A stretch of DNA of 64,000 bases from the human T2T-CHM13v2.0 reference genome, Homo sapiens. This document shows positions 55,936-64,000 of this stretch, one piece after another (positions within the stretch are counted from its first letter, which is position 1; every line of letters starts with the position of its first letter). The translations under genes and the position numbers were made by a program. The notes beneath the pieces were generated by a model. That model saw only the letters and a program-made list of their open reading frames with translations, did not search any database and was not told the origin of the DNA. The stretch lies in assembly GCF_009914755.1 (NCBI RefSeq), contig NC_060927.1; one strand, given 5' to 3'.

Positions 55936-56575
55936 AAGTTTGAGGGTTTATGGATAAGATCCGAGCATATCAGCTTGTGGCTTTCCTTCAGCTTTTTATG
56001 TTCTTAGGGAATCCTGGGATCAGGCCATACACCTGGATGTCATACCTTCTTTAAATGGATTTGGAAGGTATCACTTTGATCACCCTCTGGAAACAGACAT
56101 CTTTGCTCTCAACACCTCAGTAGGTCCTGGAAAGATCTCAAAGCCTCCCTGTCTCTGTTAAGTGGCACCAGCTGCAAGGCTTTCAGAGACTAGCAGCTGT
56201 GGAAAGAGAGGTTCCATAGTGGAAAGTTTGTGGCACCTGCTACCGATTATATCGGGTCATAGGGTTTCCCAGGAGTAGTTGTTTTGTTTATTTTCTTCCC
56301 CAACCTGCAAAAGCATTACATTCCTCCTAGCAGCTTTGCAGTTGACTCAGCTGTGTGACCTGCTAACAATCCCCAGAGCTATCTTCCCCTGGGGAAGGTG
56401 AACCTTAGCACACAACTGAACACACAGAGAAAGGGCACTTAGTGAGATGAAGTGCCACTGACTGGATACTCATAAGCTCTCATCACAAAGACCAGGGGTC
56501 TTGCTTTTCTAGCTTCTGAAATGTATAGACCCATTTTAGAAATTGCATGTTTCCTTTCTGTGAGAGAGTTTACCT

Positions 56576-56647
56576 CCTCAAATTTAAATACTAGAAAGAC
56601 TATCTAATAGCCCCCCTCATCTTTAAATACTAGAAAGACTAATAGCC
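56576..56647. repeat. ~39-bp tandem duplication
   Basis: TTTAAATACTAGAAAGACT...AATAGCC occurs twice. Confidence 0.9.
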
Positions 56648-56714
56648 TAATCACATGAAGTATCAAAAGGGAACTGACTGGCACCTTGATGGATAAGAAT
56701 GATGTAGAAGATTG

Positions 56715-56998
56715 TTTACCAAATTATGCACTTTGGATAACTAGTTCTGCAGAAGGCTAATAGGTGTTACAGGAGAATGGGCTTCTGTGATAAAACAGGT
56801 TAGAGAATTTCTGAGTTTTCTTTTTTTTTAACCATAAGATTTCTCAGAGCCTGGAATTTACTTATGTGCCTGGCAAATCTCCAAAAGATGGCTATAGAGT
56901 ACAGCATTTGCCAACTTACTTGACCACACAAAACTTTCCATGAAGAAATACAAATTCTCACCTTCCTGGAATGGACATTTCTGGGGAAAGCTATTTTA
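56715..56998. mobile_element. MER103-like hAT-Charlie relic
   Basis: GATTTCTCAGAGCC...AATCTCCAAAAG...CAGCATTTGCCAACTTACTTGACCAC. Confidence 0.6.
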
Positions 56999-57949
56999 GA
57001 TCTTCTCATGAGCAGGAAAAGGGGAGATAAATTATAGTTTCCTTGCTAATGAAGTCATCCTAAGTGTTCTTAGGCAGGTTCCACAACTTTAAACAAACTG
57101 ACCATTTCTGTTTCTATATGTGAATCTACATATGCATTCATTTATTCATTCAATAAAAATCCATGATGGTAGACACTTACTATATTGAGCCTCACCTTTC
57201 TTCTAGGTCCATTATAAGTCTTCTCTATGATATAAACTGTGACTCTGTTCCCTCTAGTTATGTAGTTCTCCTCCATGTCTTACAGGAAGATCTGTAGCAG
57301 AGTCTTATAACTTTCTCTAAATGAAAAATTTCATGGATCTCTCTACATGATGACAGTTTTATTTTTATGATCTGTTAGTTGAGTGCCACATAAGAACAAG
57401 ATTTTATGAATTTATTAAAATACTATGTTTGTATTTATTCTTAACAGCATGCTAAAATTCTGTTTCATGTCTGTATGAAACATAGCAGCACTTCAGTTTG
57501 CAGACAGTACTTTTTGCACGTGTAGATTAAATAACCTGTTGCAATAACTCCAGTGTCCCTAAAAGCTCTTCAGCCCACCTAATGAAACACATTGCTCTAG
57601 AGAATTGTTTAATAAATGAGAGAGACCTGCGTTTAAATCTGAACTTAGCCACTGACAAGCTGGATGACTCTGAATAAATTAATTTCTCTAAGCCTCATTT
57701 ATGAAGATTATTTGAGGATTAGATAAGTTCACACAAACAGGGACAATGCTTGACAGGTGGTAGATCCCCTCACCTTCCCTTTCATTGAACTCAGACATAA
57801 AGCTGTAGTCAGAAAACACATTTTGAGACAAAAGTGCCATTGTTGTGTAGTTGTCTTTTCATGTTGTAGTTCTAAAGCAAATGTAAAAAGGGATAATTCT
57901 CATAAGTATTGATATTCTGAATTTTAAAATGACATGAAGTTAGACAAAT

Positions 57950-58135
57950 TATATTAAGGTCTTTGTGCCAGACATTGTGCTAAGTGCATTACATAGCTTA
58001 ATTCATTTGATCCCCACAAGCATCTTACGGAAAACTAAGGCAAATGGCTTCCAAAATGTGCCAAGTTTCTATATCTGGAAGTTGGTGGACTTAGCTTTCA
58101 AATAAAAAGTTTGATTCCAGCGCCATGTTCTTCTG
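57950..58135 (-). mobile_element. MIR
   Basis: TGTGCCAGACATTGTGCTAAGTGC...TCATTTGATCCCCACAA. Confidence 0.7.
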
Positions 58136-58803
58136 TTTTTGGACACACACACACAAAAACAGAACTATGTGAAGGGTTTCTGTGCTCTCAGACCCTGTGT
58201 CAGGTGAACATTTAAAAACCCTGTTATTTGCCTAAGAATAGTTATCCTATCATTAGGAAATTAATATATGTATTTAATTTTGCCAACCCCATTGCTATAC
58301 CAACATATGAAAATTGCTGAATCATGCTGAGAAATAGTCATTTTCAGCTATATTAAAGTTGACCAATGAACTTTCCTAAATATCTGAATGTATTACTCTA
58401 GTAAGACATTTCAGTGTTTTAAATAGCTGTTAGAAACGGTAAGTTTTCTATGAAGACCTGTGTTAAGAAATAACAAAGTTGGGAGATACTCAAAGGTCAT
58501 CTTGTTTATTCTTCTGAGTGTAAGTAGCAAAATTTATTCAGCACCCATTATTTCACTGCATTTAAGACTCTACGACTATGCTTCCAAGACTGTGACAGTT
58601 ACTGGAGACACAAGAAAAAGAAAAAATTCTTTGACCTTGCAGAGCTCAAGATCGAGGAGGAACAGGTCACCTGGCCTTGCTAATGGAAACATGTGCAAGG
58701 AGCTTATCAAGACTGGGGAAGACAGGTATATCATAAAGTAGTTCAAAATAGAACAGACTTCACAATTTCATTTGATAACTGATAAAAGCATATGATGACT
58801 ATA

Positions 58804-60998
58804 CAGGTTGAGAATCCCTAATCCAAAAATCTGAAACCTGAAATGCTCCAAAATCTGAAACTTTTTGAATCCTGGCATGATGCCACAAATGGAAAATTCT
58901 ACCCCTGACCTCGCAGTCAAAATGCAGGCAATGGCGCAGCTTGTTCAGTTTCCCCAAGGGAAAAAAAACACCTTCATCTGTGATATATCTATGCCACATC
59001 AGCCCAGATTTCCCCATGGAAATACATCCACAAAGGATATTAAAATGGCATGTGTGCAGGCCAGACACACTAGTGGTAGGTTCCCCACAATGCCCTACGT
59101 GGGGACAAGATCTGTGTGCATTACTCATTTTGTTTTGCTTGTTCTCTGTGATAAAAGATATTGTTGAAAAGGTCAACAGACCTGCAGATACCCCTATTAA
59201 TTAGTAACAGTGATTTTAAAAAGGGGAAGCATTTATGTCTATCTATAGGACAGAAAGTCAAGCTGTTGGAGAACAACTGGACAGCAGTATCAATCTGAAA
59301 TGCCTTACAGTAGAGTATGGTGTTGGAGTGGCTATTGTACATGACCTGAAGAAAGAGAAGGACAAACCGTTGAAGTTTTATGCTGAAAGTGATGAACATA
59401 AGTTAAAAAACATTTTTTAAAATACTCTGTATAGCTAAAAATGAAGATCTCAATTGTGTATTGAAATGTCAGAGTCACGGTGAACACGTGCCACTTAAGA
59501 GCATGCTGATCATGAAACAGACAAAGATATACAACAATGAACTGAAAATTGAAAGCAACCTAAATATTCAACAGGCCGATTGCAGAAATTTAGGAAAATA
59601 TGTGGCATTATTTTTTAAAGATTTTTGTTGATAAAGTATCTGCTGATCATGAATCAGTGAAGAATTTCATTGACAAGTTTACCAAAGTCATTGTTGATGA
59701 AATCTGATGCCAGAACAACTCTATAATGCTGATGAAACATCACTGTTTTGGCATTATTGCTTCAGAAAGATACCAAGTTTAGCAGATGAGACAGTCCCAA
59801 TAAGAATTATGGATGTCAAGGAGAGAATAACTATGCTGGGATGTGCGAATGCAGCAGACAGACATAAACATAAACTTGCTGTGATAGACAAAAGCTTGCA
59901 GCCTCACTGTTTTCAAGTAGTAAGCGTGTTGCCAGTCCATTTTTTATGCTAACACATAGACAAATATTATCAGGGATATCTTTTCTGATTGGTTTCACAA
60001 ATACTTTGTAGCAGTGGCTCATGTTCACTGCAGGGAAGGTGGACTGAATGATGACTGCAATATTTTGTTCTCCCTTGACAACTATTCTGCTCCTCTTCCA
60101 GCTGAAATTCTCATTAAAACAAATGTTTATGTCATATACTTTTCCTCAAACGTGACTATTAAGTCATGTGACCAGGATCTCCTTAGATCAATGAAAAGTA
60201 AACATAAAAGTATTTTCTTGAATACCACGCTAGCAGCAGTGAACAGAGACATGGGTCTGGAAGGTTTTCAAAAGGACTTTAGCATGAAGGATGCCACATA
60301 TACCATTGCCAGTGCTTGGAACACAGTGACTGAGGACACAGTTGTGCATGTCTGGCACAACCTCTGCCTTGTGACTATGTTCAGTGATGATGAACAAGGT
60401 AGTAACTTTGAAGAATTCCATACATCACGTGACGAAAAAAACTGATGTCTAACCTCCTTACAAAAGCACAAAATACACCTTCAGAGTCCATCAGTAAGCT
60501 GGAAGAAGTGAATATTGAAGAACTTGTTTAACATTGATAATGAGACTTCAGTTGTTCATTCATTCACTGATGGTGACATAGCCAATATGCTTTTGAATCT
60601 AGATGATCGTAATAATAGCAATGATAAAAATGACTTTATTAACACTGCAGAAAAAGTGCCTGTAGACAACATAGGAAAAATGTGTGATGGACCTGTTGAA
60701 GGATTAGAGCAGCATGGAGTTGTAACAGAATAAGAAGTCATGTCAGTTTATAAAATCAGAGAGTCTTCTAAGACAAAACTGTTGTTACTAAGACAGATGA
60801 GTCTGGAAGAAGCATTTTAAAAAGCCATCCAGCAGAATGCCTCCTCATCCCTATGTGATACACCTTCTGGTCCCTCAGCTATTTCTGATGTTTTCCCATC
60901 TAAAAAAAAATAATATTAATAAAGTATACAGTAACCTTTTAAATTAAAAAAAAAAAAAAACACTGTAAGTGGAGAAAAAAGCCTGCCATCATTTACTG
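58804..60998 (+). mobile_element. Tigger4 (Zombi) pogo-type DNA transposon; left TIR and whole transposase region present, right end displaced by L1
   Basis: TA + CAGGTTGAGAATCCCTAATCCAAAAATCTGAAA...ATGCTCCAAAATC terminus, then transposase remnants. Confidence 0.9.
59170..60820 (+). pseudogene. Decayed pogo/Tigger (CENP-B/Jerky-like) DDE transposase
   Basis: Frameshifted pieces: HTH-like (EYGVGVAIVHDLKKEKDK), YNADETSLFW, RITMLGCANA, SLDNYSA, SCDQ, AWNTVT, acidic C-terminus; several stops and frameshifts. Confidence 0.92.

Positions 60999-64000
<3,002 letters not shown>

Noticed and set aside
59170-60820. Possible domesticated JRK/TIGD-like gene
   Set aside because: Several stops and frameshifts, lost start codon, and an attached TIR indicate a dead transposon

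Overview
Primate (human-like) AT-rich non-coding DNA, either intergenic or deep intronic. I see no CpG island, no RNA gene and no supportable host protein-coding exon. Almost every ORF in the track is an Alu/L1/LTR read-through or a short chance ORF. The window is a layered record of transposable elements: 11 Alus (J, S, Y), old L1M and younger L1P fragments, L2/MIR relics, MaLR/ERV LTRs (including a two-LTR MST-type provirus and an MLT2A LTR), and DNA transposons (MER45, MER58, MER5, MER81, Charlie, Tigger1, and a nearly complete Tigger4/Zombi whose decayed transposase region is followed by a young L1PA). Structures not explained by simple insertion are: a 39-bp-arm near-perfect hairpin inside an L2 relic (44840-44946); a ~257-bp inverted duplication pushed apart by later insertions (52176-55034); an Alu-associated ~2.5-kb deletion in an old L1, with adjoining pieces reappearing scrambled downstream; and several clusters of NF-kB/STAT/IRF/CEBP/AP-1-like motifs in unique DNA. 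Subfamily names come from remembered consensus sequences and need RepeatMasker/Dfam confirmation. I did not find convincing evidence of a new gene system.
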